A DNA stretch of 61,265 bases, the filler included, from Aduncisulcus paluster (Eukaryota), in assembly GCA_024181965.1 (NCBI GenBank). It is 5 parts of 5 records of this genome, joined end to end, with 100 filler letters (N's around TTAATTAATTAA, not from the genome) between each part and the next. Parts side by side here need not be neighbours in the genome. Positions count along the whole stretch, not along the records: positions 24,049 to 38,524 come from BQXS01010989.1; positions 38,625 to 61,265 come from BQXS01010990.1; 3 more parts are not named here. The stretch is one strand, 5' to 3'. Numbering within the stretch: the first letter of the stretch is position 1; the number at the start of each line of letters is the position of its first letter. Below the pieces are notes generated by a model. It saw only the letters and a list, made by a program, of their open reading frames with translations. It searched no databases and was not told the origin of the DNA. Shown here piece after piece: positions 34,393-45,701 of the stretch. Made by a program: the position numbers and the translations under genes.

Positions 34393-37287
34393 ATGACTAC
34401 ATATCCGTATTTAAAATCTATTGGTCCTTTACCTTCAGTTGGTACGACATTTAAAGGAAGGAATGATCCTGTTGCTGTATCCCTATCAAGACAAATGATT
34501 GCGATTGCTTCAGGGATTCAAATAATTATCCTTTCTTACGATTCATCAAAATGTGATAAAGATTCCTGCGCATTAGCATATTCAAACTTCAATCAAACTT
34601 CTTTCCAGGCTAGTCTTCACAAAGTAACATCCTTAGAATTTTGTCACTCTGGGGTGGAATTGGCGGTTGGAGACCAGGCAGGAAATGTGATTATTTATCT
34701 TATTAATGATGCCCTTGAACCAATAGAGATATCCAGGCGTTCCTGTAGTACAAATGATGTTCTATCCCTGGCTTGGTCTGAAGATGAGAAAAAAGTCATC
34801 GTAGGGTCCATATCACATAATTCTAAGCCAGGGTTAGCCCCTTGTTCCGTTTTTCTTGCAGACTCTGGAGGTAGTGCCGGAACTTTGACTGGTAATTCCA
34901 AATGTTGCTCGTTTGTGTGTGCTTCTCCTGCAAGACCCCACACTTATGTGAGTGTTGGCGGCAGAATGGGGGGAAAGGGAGCAAATTTATACAAAGGTGT
35001 TCCTGCTTCTTTCCATAGCAAACTGAACTTCGTCAAGAAGATAGGATGCAAAAGGGACTTTATCGGGAGTATTTCTAAAGATAAAGGGGAATCTGATGTT
35101 TGTTCTGATAGCATTGAGACTGTTTCTCCATCTTCAACTCCTTCTTTCAGTTCAATCATCCCAATATGTACGTGCGCACACTATTCCCCCTGTGGAAGAT
35201 ACTGTTTGGTTGGAGATGTTAACTGTAAGATTCATGTATTCGCTGTGTCTAATGCTGTCCTCAACTCTCAAGGTCATGCTGTGTATCTTGGATCTTGTAA
35301 AATGCCCCACATTGCTGACAATACACTATACAATGTCTTGGTTGAGAATTCACGTACCCAAGAAAGTGCCATCTCTCTCTCCATTCCATGTGACACTGAA
35401 TCGGACACTGATCCTGAATTCACTGAATCGGACACTGATCCTGAATTAAAGGAGCATAGGTGCAAAGAGGTGCTTTCTTCCCTTCGTGTTATTACCACAT
35501 GTGCAGATGGACATGTGTGCATCTCTAAACTTGATGTTACTTATTGCGAGATGATGGATTCTGCTTCAACCATCGTGTATGCTGATATTGAGGTTGAAAG
35601 AACTGCTTTCTCCCGCAATTTATCCACTGTCGTATCTTCTCTTGGGATATTTTCGCCCAAAAAGGGATATGGACAAATGTCAAAAAAGAAGAAAGTTAAG
35701 AGAAGAGCCAAGGCCATCTCATACATTCGTTCTGGAGGTAAAGTGACATCATCTGTGGACACCGGTGATAAAATATCTGATTCGGAACAAGTTGTGTCCA
35801 TTCTATATGATGAAGATGAGCCCAAGAGTATTGAAGAACTTGAGAAGGATGTGTTTTTTGTATGTTGCTGTAAACAGAGTGGAATGCTTGCCTTTCTTTC
35901 CTACTCTTCGCTAGAAATCACGTACTGTATGTACGGCCATGGTCAGGGGATCAAGAATATTTCTTCAACTCCACATACTGTTGTATCTTTCTCTTGGAAT
36001 GGCAGCGTATGTGTCTGGGGAGTTGATGATAAGGTTATGAAAGGTGGAGATTCGAAGCGAAAAGATGCTCGATTGATTCCTCTTCCTGCTGAACAGTGTG
36101 TTCTTAAGGATATTAGACCTCATGGAGATTCTACAACAAAATCGGATTCTGATTCTTCTTCTTCCGGCGATGAGAGTGAGAAAAAGAGTGTTATAAGCCT
36201 GACTGCGACTTTTGAGAAACGGCAAGAGGAACGGATTAAAAGGTTAGAAATGAAAGAGAAAAAGTTAGCATGCGTGTACGATTCATCTTTCTATCCTTTT
36301 CCACGGACTTGTCAAATTATCCATTCCATTCGAACCAAATCCTATGTGATTGCTTTTTCGACTTCAAAGGATTTATATGTCCTCGAGGAAAGAGTATTAT
36401 CATCCGATGGAACTATTCTTGCCCCTAAAGAGCTGATGGATGTCAAGAGAGAAAGCAAGGAAGATGGATATGATGAAGAGTTTACTTCAAATGCTTGTGT
36501 GTGTATTGTGAAAGATTTTCATCACGGATTGGTGGTCTCATGTGCCTATTCGAATGCCAAGGATGATTCTCTTGTTTTGAGTGATGATACCGGTAAAATA
36601 TGGGAAATGTCCTTTAAAAATCTATATTTAGACGATGAGAAAAGAACTGGCCGTAAAGGATCCGTTGAGAAGTTCTTGATTGGAAAAGTTCCAACTTCCC
36701 CGACATCAATTTGCAAACATGGACCACTCATTGCTCTATCTTTCTCAAGGACTATAAATGTGTATTCTATAATTAGAATTGGGGGTGAAGACGATAGTGC
36801 GAAGGGTATGTCTCTCCAGCTATGTTTTTCAAACAAGAATGAACATCGAAGTGATATTCAAAGATGTCTATTTCTTCCTTCTTCTGAACCTTGTGAAGGC
36901 GAATCTTCCCCTCCCACTTCAAGTGAGTTGCCTTCCTCACTTCTTACGGCTGGCAATAGAGTTGTTAGCTGGAAAAATGATTGGGCAATTTCGACCTCGA
37001 CTACTGAACTAAAAGGTGCTTCCGAACTTGATTTTGTATCATCCGTTGCTGCCCACTCTTTGTCCATCGTATGTGCTGAAATGGCAGGAAAATATCTTTT
37101 TACTGTGGATGCTGGAGGAAGCATTGGAGCATTTACTCCTCTTAGGCGGAACATTGGTGGAATAAGGACTGATGAATTTGTTGGGGGTGCTTCCTGCGGT
37201 CTTGTTCATCCAGAAAGTGGAGTATGCGTTGCTTGCTCTGCTAGAGGTGAAATGAAACAGTATTGTATATGTGAGGAGGATAAATGA
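34393..37287 (+). CDS. WDR1: WD40 protein, AIP1/WDR1-like (actin-interacting protein 1), with insertions
   Basis: FLADSGGSAGTLTGNSK...SPARP and LYKGVPASF parallel AIP1 FLWDSGSSVGEITGH...RP and FEGPPFKF; also YSPCG and YGHGQGI. Confidence 0.7.
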   Translation: MTTYPYLKSIGPLPSVGTTFKGRNDPVAVSLSRQMIAIASGIQIIILSYDSSKCDKDSCALAYSNFNQTSFQASLHKVTSLEFCHSGVELAVGDQAGNVIIYLINDALEPIEISRRSCSTNDVLSLAWSEDEKKVIVGSISHNSKPGLAPCSVFLADSGGSAGTLTGNSKCCSFVCASPARPHTYVSVGGRMGGKGANLYKGVPASFHSKLNFVKKIGCKRDFIGSISKDKGESDVCSDSIETVSPSSTPSFSSIIPICTCAHYSPCGRYCLVGDVNCKIHVFAVSNAVLNSQGHAVYLGSCKMPHIADNTLYNVLVENSRTQESAISLSIPCDTESDTDPEFTESDTDPELKEHRCKEVLSSLRVITTCADGHVCISKLDVTYCEMMDSASTIVYADIEVERTAFSRNLSTVVSSLGIFSPKKGYGQMSKKKKVKRRAKAISYIRSGGKVTSSVDTGDKISDSEQVVSILYDEDEPKSIEELEKDVFFVCCCKQSGMLAFLSYSSLEITYCMYGHGQGIKNISSTPHTVVSFSWNGSVCVWGVDDKVMKGGDSKRKDARLIPLPAEQCVLKDIRPHGDSTTKSDSDSSSSGDESEKKSVISLTATFEKRQEERIKRLEMKEKKLACVYDSSFYPFPRTCQIIHSIRTKSYVIAFSTSKDLYVLEERVLSSDGTILAPKELMDVKRESKEDGYDEEFTSNACVCIVKDFHHGLVVSCAYSNAKDDSLVLSDDTGKIWEMSFKNLYLDDEKRTGRKGSVEKFLIGKVPTSPTSICKHGPLIALSFSRTINVYSIIRIGGEDDSAKGMSLQLCFSNKNEHRSDIQRCLFLPSSEPCEGESSPPTSSELPSSLLTAGNRVVSWKNDWAISTSTTELKGASELDFVSSVAAHSLSIVCAEMAGKYLFTVDAGGSIGAFTPLRRNIGGIRTDEFVGGASCGLVHPESGVCVACSARGEMKQYCICEEDK
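35394..35447 (+). repeat. Perfect 27-nt tandem duplication within the CDS (TESDTDPEF/TESDTDPEL)
   Basis: cactgaatcggacactgatcctgaatt twice. Confidence 0.9.
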
Positions 37288-37504
37288 TATGTAATTTATA
37301 TTTTTTGTTTTATCATCATTATTTTTTTGGCCAATCTGGATTCAAGCTTTTTCTATTCTTGTTTATTCGAAAATAAAAAAGTATAATTTATATATTTTTT
37401 CTTTAAAGCTTTTTTTTAGTGAAATTATTAAGTTTTATTCGGATATTGGCAAGTTTCGCTAAAGTCCTTCCTTTTGTTGTCAATTAAAAAAAAATAGGCT
37501 TGTG

Positions 37505-38524
37505 ATGACAATATATTTTCAATGTATACGATTGGCTTACAAATTTGGTTTTTTTTGTTCCCTTTTGTTTTTTTTATTTTCGTCTGTCATCGGAGCTGGA
37601 ACTGCCCCCATGTATATCATTACTAGAGAAACTATAACCCAAGCAGGATTCAATCTCATGGCCGAAGGAGTTAAAGATCAGATTATTACATCTGTAATGA
37701 GCACAGATATTCCTTCTTTTACGATTGATAATATCGATACTCCCATCGGAGTGGTTAATCTCAGTTTTACAAATATTTCTATTGAAACATTACAAATTGA
37801 ATCCTTAGTTACGTATTTCTTAACCAATGAACTTGAAGTAACCATAAACAACTTTCAATTTCAAGTATCCCTTGATTTTGGGTACAAACTGCAGACATGG
37901 CCATATAGTTCTGATTCGGGGCAATTAGAAATCACTGCAAACAATGCAAGCTTTATGGTGGAAGCTCACGTGACGACAAAAGACGATAGTCCGTTCATTT
38001 ATCTTGATACTGCCCAGTTCTCCCTTGGTGACTTCTCAATTGATCTTCGTGGAACTTCTGAGATGCTTTCTACGATCATTCAGGTTGCTACTCCTTTCAT
38101 TCAGTATAGTATTGAAACCTCAATGAATGCTGTCCTCACTGATGCTATTAATTCTATATGTAACTCTCTGTTCCTTCCTTCAACATGCATTGTGATCGAT
38201 GATACTACTGCCATTGACGTTCGACAACCCATTGATGGGATTTGTCAGGATAATATCCTTGATCTTCCCGCTTCTGGTTTCTATTATGGAACTGATACCG
38301 AATTCTTCGTGCCTCCCACAACTCCGGATCCAGACGATCTTCCTTTGATTATTACTAATGGTATGTTTATTGTATTGTAATTAATTTGTATTCGATGCGA
38401 AAATTAATTTATTTCTGTTTATTTTATCATTTGTTTTCATTTTTGCTTTGACACCAATTTAGATCAAGACCAGAGAATATTCAGTCCTCTGATGGTTGCT
38501 TCATTGTTCGACACTTACCGCCAG
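37505..38524 (+). CDS. BPI/LBP/CETP (TULIP) lipid-binding protein, secreted, 3'-partial, one intron
   Basis: Signal-peptide-like leader, ITQAGFN, IPSFT, beta-rich BPI1-type pattern, Pro-rich linker. After the intron it continues DQDQRIFSPLMVASLF. Confidence 0.75.
38361..38462 (+). other. Spliceosomal intron (102 nt)
   Basis: GTATGT...TTGACACCAATTTAG, phase 1; the frame is open afterwards. Confidence 0.8.
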
Positions 38525-38624
38525 NNNNNNNNNNNNNNNNNNNNNNNNNNNNNNNNNNNNNNNNNNNNTTAATTAATTAANNNNNNNNNNNNNNNNNNNN
38601 NNNNNNNNNNNNNNNNNNNNNNNN
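38525..38624. other. Artificial scaffold linker
   Basis: 44 N + TTAATTAATTAA + 44 N. Confidence 0.98.
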
Positions 38625-39161
38625 AATTGTGGAACTCTTGTTTACAACTCGTATGAAACGTTAATGGAAGGTCTTCAAACCCAGAGTAGTGATGGGTATT
38701 CTCTTGGATTATCTATCCTTTCTTTATTCACTTGTCTTCCGCCATTTCTCGGTCACCCAGGTCTTCGAGGTATTGTTGATAGCATTCAATTCATGGCAAA
38801 ACTCTCTCAGCTGATGAAGGCTGGTATGACTCCTAAACTCTCCAGTTCTCCCCTTTTCAAAACCCTTTTGACCATTGATGATGGCAAGTACGAACCTGTT
38901 CATAAAATATTTGATGAAGTATTCACAGGTCTCACTCTGCTTGATGTTGACAAACGCATGAGTGTGCATGAAGCTCGTGTGAAAGTCCAATGCATCAAAC
39001 CTTTCCTTCCCACGATTGGCGAAGACTATGAGTGTCCAAGCATTGAAGCCATTATCCGTGAGCAACGCAAGAAGTATGGTGGCTCTGTTGGAACCATTGA
39101 AGGAATGAGATGTGCCGTTGCTGGTGTTGAGCATGAGGAAGGTTGGGATCAGAGTCAGTGA
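38625..39161 (+). CDS. Protein kinase C-lobe, 5'-partial; paralogue of the kinase ending at 47360
   Basis: CGTLVYNSYE.LMEGLQTQSSDGYSLGLSILSLF...RMSVHEAR vs CGTLVFNSYE.LTEGIQTQKGDAYSLGMSILSLF...RMSVHKAR. Confidence 0.88.
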   Translation, partial: NCGTLVYNSYETLMEGLQTQSSDGYSLGLSILSLFTCLPPFLGHPGLRGIVDSIQFMAKLSQLMKAGMTPKLSSSPLFKTLLTIDDGKYEPVHKIFDEVFTGLTLLDVDKRMSVHEARVKVQCIKPFLPTIGEDYECPSIEAIIREQRKKYGGSVGTIEGMRCAVAGVEHEEGWDQSQ

Positions 39162-39380
39162 GTGATGTGGAAAGATTCTGATGTAAGATTTTATTTTTAT
39201 TCTTAATGCCATCAAGTTAATGGAACAATTGAGAGAAGAGTTCATTTCAAGCTTGAAGTTGATTGTTGATTGTTGAAGGTTGAAGGTTGAACAAGTTGCA
39301 TACTCTCCTTCACGATGAGACATAGTATTGTTTGGAATTGTTCTCTATTCTATATTATTATTATTATTACTGTTACTGTG

Positions 39381-39494
39381 TTCACGCCAGTGTATGACAA
39401 TCTTCTTGCAGCGTTTGAGGGTATCATGGAGTCAAAGTCCAAACGAATGAAAATTCATGATGCAAGTAAACTGACGGATGAGATCACCTTGTGA
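39381..39494 (+). pseudogene. Isolated remnant of a kinase-family C-terminus
   Basis: FTPVYDNLLAAFEGIMESKSKRMKIHDA aligns with YKPVYDCINEVFIGLT...RMSVHKA; no upstream coding context. Confidence 0.55.
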
Positions 39495-39681
39495 GAGGCT
39501 AAGATTGGAAAATTTCAGTAAAATACACCTGCAATATGCTGTGCATTTACTTCATGGACATAATGTCAAATACACTAATCTGACATAACATTACAATCAG
39601 AATAGCACACAGACAGCCAAATTTAGACGCAATATTTTCGTCTTTAAATTACAAAACCAAATGAAAGGATTTTCTAATGAT

Positions 39682-42600
39682 TCACATAGAGAGCAAGAGT
39701 TTCCTAATCTTGCCCTTGAGACGAATGGATCCCTTTCCTTCAATTCTCAAATACTGCAAGACACTCACCCAAATGATAGTGGCATATTCGTCAGCCGATA
39801 CGAATCTAATACTCTCTCCAACAGCCTTCTTATGGGCCAATGTAACGGTAATGACATAGTATGAAGCTGATTGAATACGTTCTCTTTGATAACCAACACT
39901 AACTATATCCCCAACATTGAAGAACAATTTCCACACACGTTTGACTTGATGTTGCTGAATTCGATTCAAAGAATGTTTCATGGCCTCGGGGGTAGCAATA
40001 TCACTGGGAATGATTGAAGGGAAACCGCTTTGAGAGGGTTGGTAGAATCGGGTGGAACGTATGGATGGGTCAGCAGAGGGATTAGCTGAGTCGGTGAATT
40101 TGAACATCACACGACTCATATCGGCATTCAAAGAGAGTTCAGCGTACACATACCCCTTGACAATGAGAGAAGAGTCTTCCTCAGGGGTGGCACCCAAGAT
40201 ACGAACAGAAAAAGGTTCTTCACGGGACTTCTGTGGAGCTGCAACACCCATCACTGCTCCACGACGGCATAGAGCAACAGCAGTGGCAGACTGGTCATCA
40301 TTCTTTCTCATATGATACAATACTCCCTTTCCCTTGTTGACTTCAGCACAAGTACGTTCAGAAATGGAGGCTCCTTCTTCTCTCTTCGTTGGAGGGGTCA
40401 TAACAAGGTCACTTGACTTCATCTCGGATGATCGTGGTTCCATTGGACGATCTTGGTCATCAAATATCTCCACGTCATACATTTGATCCGAGACACTTCC
40501 ATCGAGACCAGACTTATCATGACGGCCTCCAGTGATACCCAGCTGACTTACAAGCCAGTTCACAAACTCAGTACTCTTGACTCCAACGAGGAGTTCAGGA
40601 TCGATATCTTCGGCATTCACACCGGTGCTCAGACCATGTTGTTCGTCAAGTTCATCGGTCTCCATTATGCCTCCCTCCACATCGTCTCTTCTTCTTCCGC
40701 TGACATCGGGCAGAGATGAAGTTCTGCCGATGGAAGGTCTGCTCATAGATATTGCACTGCTACGAGAGAGGGTAGAACGGGATCCAGGGGAGGAGAGTCG
40801 GGTCTCTGGGGCAATGTGTTTGTGAGCAATGTAAGGATGTGGGGGTTCTTCCGATTGGCTGCCGTAGAGAGAACGTTGATCAGCTTCTCTGAGTTCTTGC
40901 ATCCTCTGCATTCTCTTCTTCTTTGAGCTTCTGAGCATGGCACGGTGTTCTTTCTTCTTCTGGACTTCTTGATGCAACTCTGGGAATAAAGTAAAACTTT
41001 CTTCATCGATATCGGTGTAAGATTCACACTGAACAAGGGTCACAGCGGAGAGGAGAATACGTTCCTTGTTGAGCTTGATACGTTCCTCCGAAAGCTGTTG
41101 TTTGACAGCCTTTTTGTTCTCCATACGTTCAGTCCAGCGGTCATCGTGTTGTTTCTGCTTATCAGCAAGAGTCTCTTGCAAGAGGCTCAACTGTTCGTCG
41201 TTGGCAGCACGGTCAGCGTCAAGTTTCTCACGGTAAGTGTCTCTCAGCTCCCTTCTCCTGCCCATCTCAGTTTCCCAGAGTTTGACACGGTCCTCAAGGG
41301 AGGCAAACGAAGGCTTGGAAAAGCCTCCGAGGGAAATGGTGGAAGAAGAGGTAGAAATGGAAAGAGAAGAGGTCTCTTGTTTGACCTTCTGGATCTGATC
41401 ACTCAAGATCTCACGCACATGTTCAAGCTCTTCTTTCCTCTTCTGCATGGCATCATAAGAATCAGCAGTTTCTTGCTGGTACTCTTGCTTCATCTTCTCC
41501 TCTGCTATTCTTTGTTCACTCATCAGACGCATGTTAGTGTCCTCGAGTACTCTAATATCATTCTCTGTCTCTTCAATCTGTTTATCAAGCTCCTCAATCT
41601 TGGCATCCCTCTCATCGACAAGACCTTTTAATGAAGACAGATTGCTCTGAGCACCGGGGGTGGACGGACTCTCCATCTGGGATTGGGCCAAGGGATGTGC
41701 TCGACGGGCAGGAGTCGCATAGTCCTGTGCATCGGCAGAGAGAGTGGAGGAAGTGCCAGTGGCATCATCATGATGTTCCAAGGAAGTAGTGTCCACACCT
41801 GCCTTACTGGGGATTGTGGGAGTCAAGAGACCGGCCTCGACGAATTGGTTAAGATGTTCGTTGGCACCATGGGATAAGGGTCTCTGAATCTGAGGAGTAC
41901 TTGCAGTCTTCTTGCACTCTTCAAGTCTGCCAACGACACCTCGAATGACACGATCAGTGTTGCCCCTGCCTTTCCATATTCCAATAATGTGATCCCTGTT
42001 CTTTTCAAGGCGTTTAATCCTCATCTTAAGGTGGTCGGAGAGTCGTGTATTGATGGAAGATGTATTGGAAGCCTGTTTGTTCAGAGCAGACAGTTCATGC
42101 GTATGTTTGATAACTTCTTTCTCAAGCTCAAATAGCTCATCAGAATCCAAGGAGACGGCCGAGGATGAGAGGTTGAGTCCTTCCACAATAACTCCATGTT
42201 TTGAACACACAATGGGGATGGAGACATCACGATATGTCACATGGGTGGTGTGAGGGGTTGAATCAGATGAAGAGTCAGAAGATCCAGAACGAGACGATTC
42301 TTCCTCTTCTTCCTCCTCTTCTTCTTCCTCGGGATGGTGTTCACCTTCAGCAATAGTGCCAGACAACAGCATTCTGTTCCTCATTCGTCTCTGATCTTTC
42401 TGTTCCTGAATCCTCTTCTTGCTCTCTTCTTTCTCAATGCGCATTTGTCTCCTCTTTTCCTCCTTTTCCTCACGCTCTCTCTCGAGCACAACTGCAACCT
42501 TCAATGCTTTGTAACGAGCAAACCTCTTGCGTGCCTCGGAAAGCCATGTGTTCATCTTGTCCAGGTTTTCCTTAATCTTTGTCTGGAGTTGGGAAAGCTC

Positions 42601-44366
42601 ATCCTCAGCTACTCCAAGACGTTCCTGGACTTCTTCGACTTCTCCTTGCACACCACGAAGAACTAACTCACGTGTGTTACACAAGTGTTTGTAGAGTTTG
42701 ATTATCTTCATGGGATCAGTGCCATCAACAACGATGCCACTCTCCAGAGAGCTCACAGAGGGAGAGGAAACTGTCCCGGATGAACTGGACATTCCTCCTT
42801 TATCCATCGATTCGCCGTACTTGTCAATGCGGTGGTACTCAATGATGAGACCAAGGGAAACACCTGTCAAGTGCTCAACACGTTCAACACAGGCACGGAG
42901 AGAATCGTTCTCAGAGTCAAGGTACTGATCCCTGAGGTGGGACAGAGAGGAATCATTGGCATCATCCACAATATGACTTTGGGAGGAAACAGGAACGCCA
43001 CGCTTATGACGACGTTCTTCTTCATTCTCATTCTGGATATTCTTGGCAAGACTCTGCAAGGCAACGGCAACATCGGCCTTGAGACGACGTTCGAACCCAT
43101 TTCCAAACTTGATCTTGTCAGAGTTGAGGTGTTTGAGTTCATCATGAAGAGTAGGGGGGGAACGAGATGAGGGCCAGGATTCAAGGAGAGGAACAATAGC
43201 TGAAACACGCTCTAATGTGTTATTGATGGTTGAGAAAGCTTTAGGATCAGCTCTTTCATCAATCTTTGCAAGAGATTCCTCGAGTTCACCAACACGTTTT
43301 GTCACACCTTCCAAAACAAGAGAGATGAGTTTAGGGGTGATAACAGTACGTTCAAGTGGACCTGGGCCAATGGCTGGACGTTGTTCTTGCTCAATAAACT
43401 GCTTAATGGCACCAAGAGTATCATTACGAGCGACAATACTCTGTTTCTGGCGATAATAGAAGGCAATCAGATCTTCCAAGGGTTGTTTCTTGTCAACTCC
43501 GCCGGGTCTGAGAGTGTCAAGGATATGAAAAATGGTTTCCATGCTTGAAATGGCTTCATTGGTCTGTTCAAGCTTTGTATGGGCCTCATCAAGTTGATGA
43601 TTAAGACGAGCAACCTCACCACGAGCTTTAGCCTCAGATTCTTTCTTGAAACGAAGAAGACCTTCTTTTTGATCTTCAACTTCCTTGATAGTGTTTTCTT
43701 TTGTTTGTTCCTCGAGATCTGCATCATCTTTCAGCGCAAGAATGGCTTGACGCTCACTAATGAGGGATTTTAACTCGGAAATTCTCTCCTTTTTTTGATC
43801 TATAAGAGAAATGAGCTCTTCTTTTTCCTGGGAGAACTCAGATTCGGATCTAGAAGCGGTGGCTTCTTTCTCTTTTAAAAGATGTTTTAGCGTTGATATT
43901 TCAGTNNNNNNNNNNNNNNNNNNNNAGATTCTTTCTTGAAACGAAGAAGACCTTCTTTTTGATCTTCAACTTCCTTGATAGTGTTTTCTTTTGTTTGTTC
44001 CTCGAGATCTGCATCATCTTTCAGCGCAAGAATGGCTTGACGCTCACTAATGAGGGATTTTAACTCGGAAATTCTCTCCTTTTTTTGATCTATAAGAGAA
44101 ATGAGCTCTTCTTTTTCCTGGGAGAACTCAGATTCGGATCTAGAAGCGGTGGCTTCTTTCTCTTTTAAAAGATGTTTTAGCGTTGATATTTCAGTATCTA
44201 ATTGATCAAGTCTATCATTTCTCTTCTTTTCCTTTAGCTTAATTTGCTGGATTAGAGATAATGTATCTTCGTCAATTCCACAAGAACTTTCTTGGAGTTT
44301 GGATCTTTCCTCAATCAAAAGACTAAGACGATTCTTAGTCTCCCTAATTTTCTTTGAAAGATCCAT
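39682..44366 (-). CDS. Large coiled-coil protein with probable C-terminal PH domain (~1464 aa after collapsing the gap duplication)
   Basis: ORFs 43887-44510 and 39682-43542 become one open frame once the 290-nt offset duplicate is removed. The C-terminal IRFVSADEYATIIWVSVLQYL resembles the terminal helix of a PH domain. Confidence 0.8.
43636..44195. repeat. Duplicated flanks (43636-43905 = 43926-44195) around a 20-N gap; probable artefact
   Basis: Identical 270-nt copies; collapsing them restores the reading frame. Confidence 0.9.
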
Positions 44367-44696
44367 TGGGTAACGAAATACTACTCCTTTTCCATTTTCA
44401 AATTTTTCTTTCTCTATACTATATTTTTTCTGGGATCTATGCTTTCTGATCAGAATAATATTAGCCATACAATTTAATTTTTTGCGTGTAACCACTGAAC
44501 TATTTTGCAATCATGTTCCTTGATCTTGACTTCTTTGCTGAGCTTTTGCGAAGTAAATATATTGGCTAAATTCTAAAAATCGTCATTCCCTTTGTTTTTA
44601 AATTTATTCCAAATTGTAAAATTTATTTCTTTGTCGCATATAAATGTGAGAGAACAAAATGCCATTTGTAACCTAATTGTGCTTTTTGAGAACAAA

Positions 44697-45701
44697 ATGG
44701 ATTCTCATATTCGGTTTTCGGAATTGGAATTTATTAAAACTATTGGAACTGGGACTGTTGGCCGCGTTCGACTCTGTAGACGGAAGAAGACAGATGAATA
44801 TCTTGCTCTAAAGTCAGTTCACAAAAAATCTCTCATTGCTTTGTCTCAGGTTGATCATATTCTTGATGAATTGCGTGTATTAAAGGAGGTTTCAACACAC
44901 CCCTTTGTTGTTTCCCTAATTGCTTCATATCATGATAAAGATTATGTTCACATGCTATTTGAGTTCGTTCCAGGTGGTGAACTGTTTACATATTTAAGAA
45001 AAGCTGGAAAATTTCCGCTTGAAGTTGCCAAGTTTTACGCTGCTGAGCTTGCTACAGTTCTTGAACATTTACATTCGAAACGAATTGTATATCGTGATTT
45101 AAAGCCTGAAAATATTTTAATTGACAAGCAAGGACATATTAAGCTTGCAGATTATGGATTTGCAAAGAGAATTAAAGATCAGACATATACCTTGTGTGGG
45201 ACTCCTGAATATCTTGCTCCAGAGATTATCCGAGGGAGTGGACACAGTTTCGCAGTAGATTGGTGGGCATTTGGTGTTCTAATTTATGAAATGTTGGCCG
45301 GTGTTCCTCCTTTTTATGGGCAAACAACGAAACAAACTTATGAGAAAGTCCTTCGCGGAAAGATAACTTTTCCTCCATCTTGGGACAAAACGACAGTGTC
45401 ATTCTTGAAAGATTTGCTTAATCCGAATAAGGCAGAACGTTTGGGCAGTGTGCGTGCCTCTGAGGTTCTGAAACATCCCTGGTTCAAAGAAGTGGAGTGG
45501 CAATGGCTTCGTGTGAGGTTGGTGAGACCCCCCATTATTCCTCGAGTTAAAAGTGCCAATGATACGTCAAACTTTGATGAATTTGCCGAGGATGATTCAG
45601 CTTTATTGATCCACTCACTCCCAAAGTCAGCTCTGAAGGGTCGCCGGTGTCCTTACTCTCAGGAAAAACTTGAGAAGATTTGGCGTGAGTTCGATATGTG
45701 A
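44697..45701 (+). CDS. cAMP-dependent protein kinase catalytic subunit / PRKX-like AGC kinase
   Basis: IGTGTVGRV, EFVPGGELF, YRDLKPENILID, TYTLCGTPEYLAPE, VDWWAFG, PPIIP...DTSNFD. Confidence 0.93.
   Translation: MDSHIRFSELEFIKTIGTGTVGRVRLCRRKKTDEYLALKSVHKKSLIALSQVDHILDELRVLKEVSTHPFVVSLIASYHDKDYVHMLFEFVPGGELFTYLRKAGKFPLEVAKFYAAELATVLEHLHSKRIVYRDLKPENILIDKQGHIKLADYGFAKRIKDQTYTLCGTPEYLAPEIIRGSGHSFAVDWWAFGVLIYEMLAGVPPFYGQTTKQTYEKVLRGKITFPPSWDKTTVSFLKDLLNPNKAERLGSVRASEVLKHPWFKEVEWQWLRVRLVRPPIIPRVKSANDTSNFDEFAEDDSALLIHSLPKSALKGRRCPYSQEKLEKIWREFDM

Noticed and set aside
10937-38624. Four identical TTAATTAATTAA motifs flanked by Ns, as a biological repeat
   Set aside because: Fixed 44N+12+44N format with six-frame stops marks an artificial linker. 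Gene neighbourhood across these points is meaningless.
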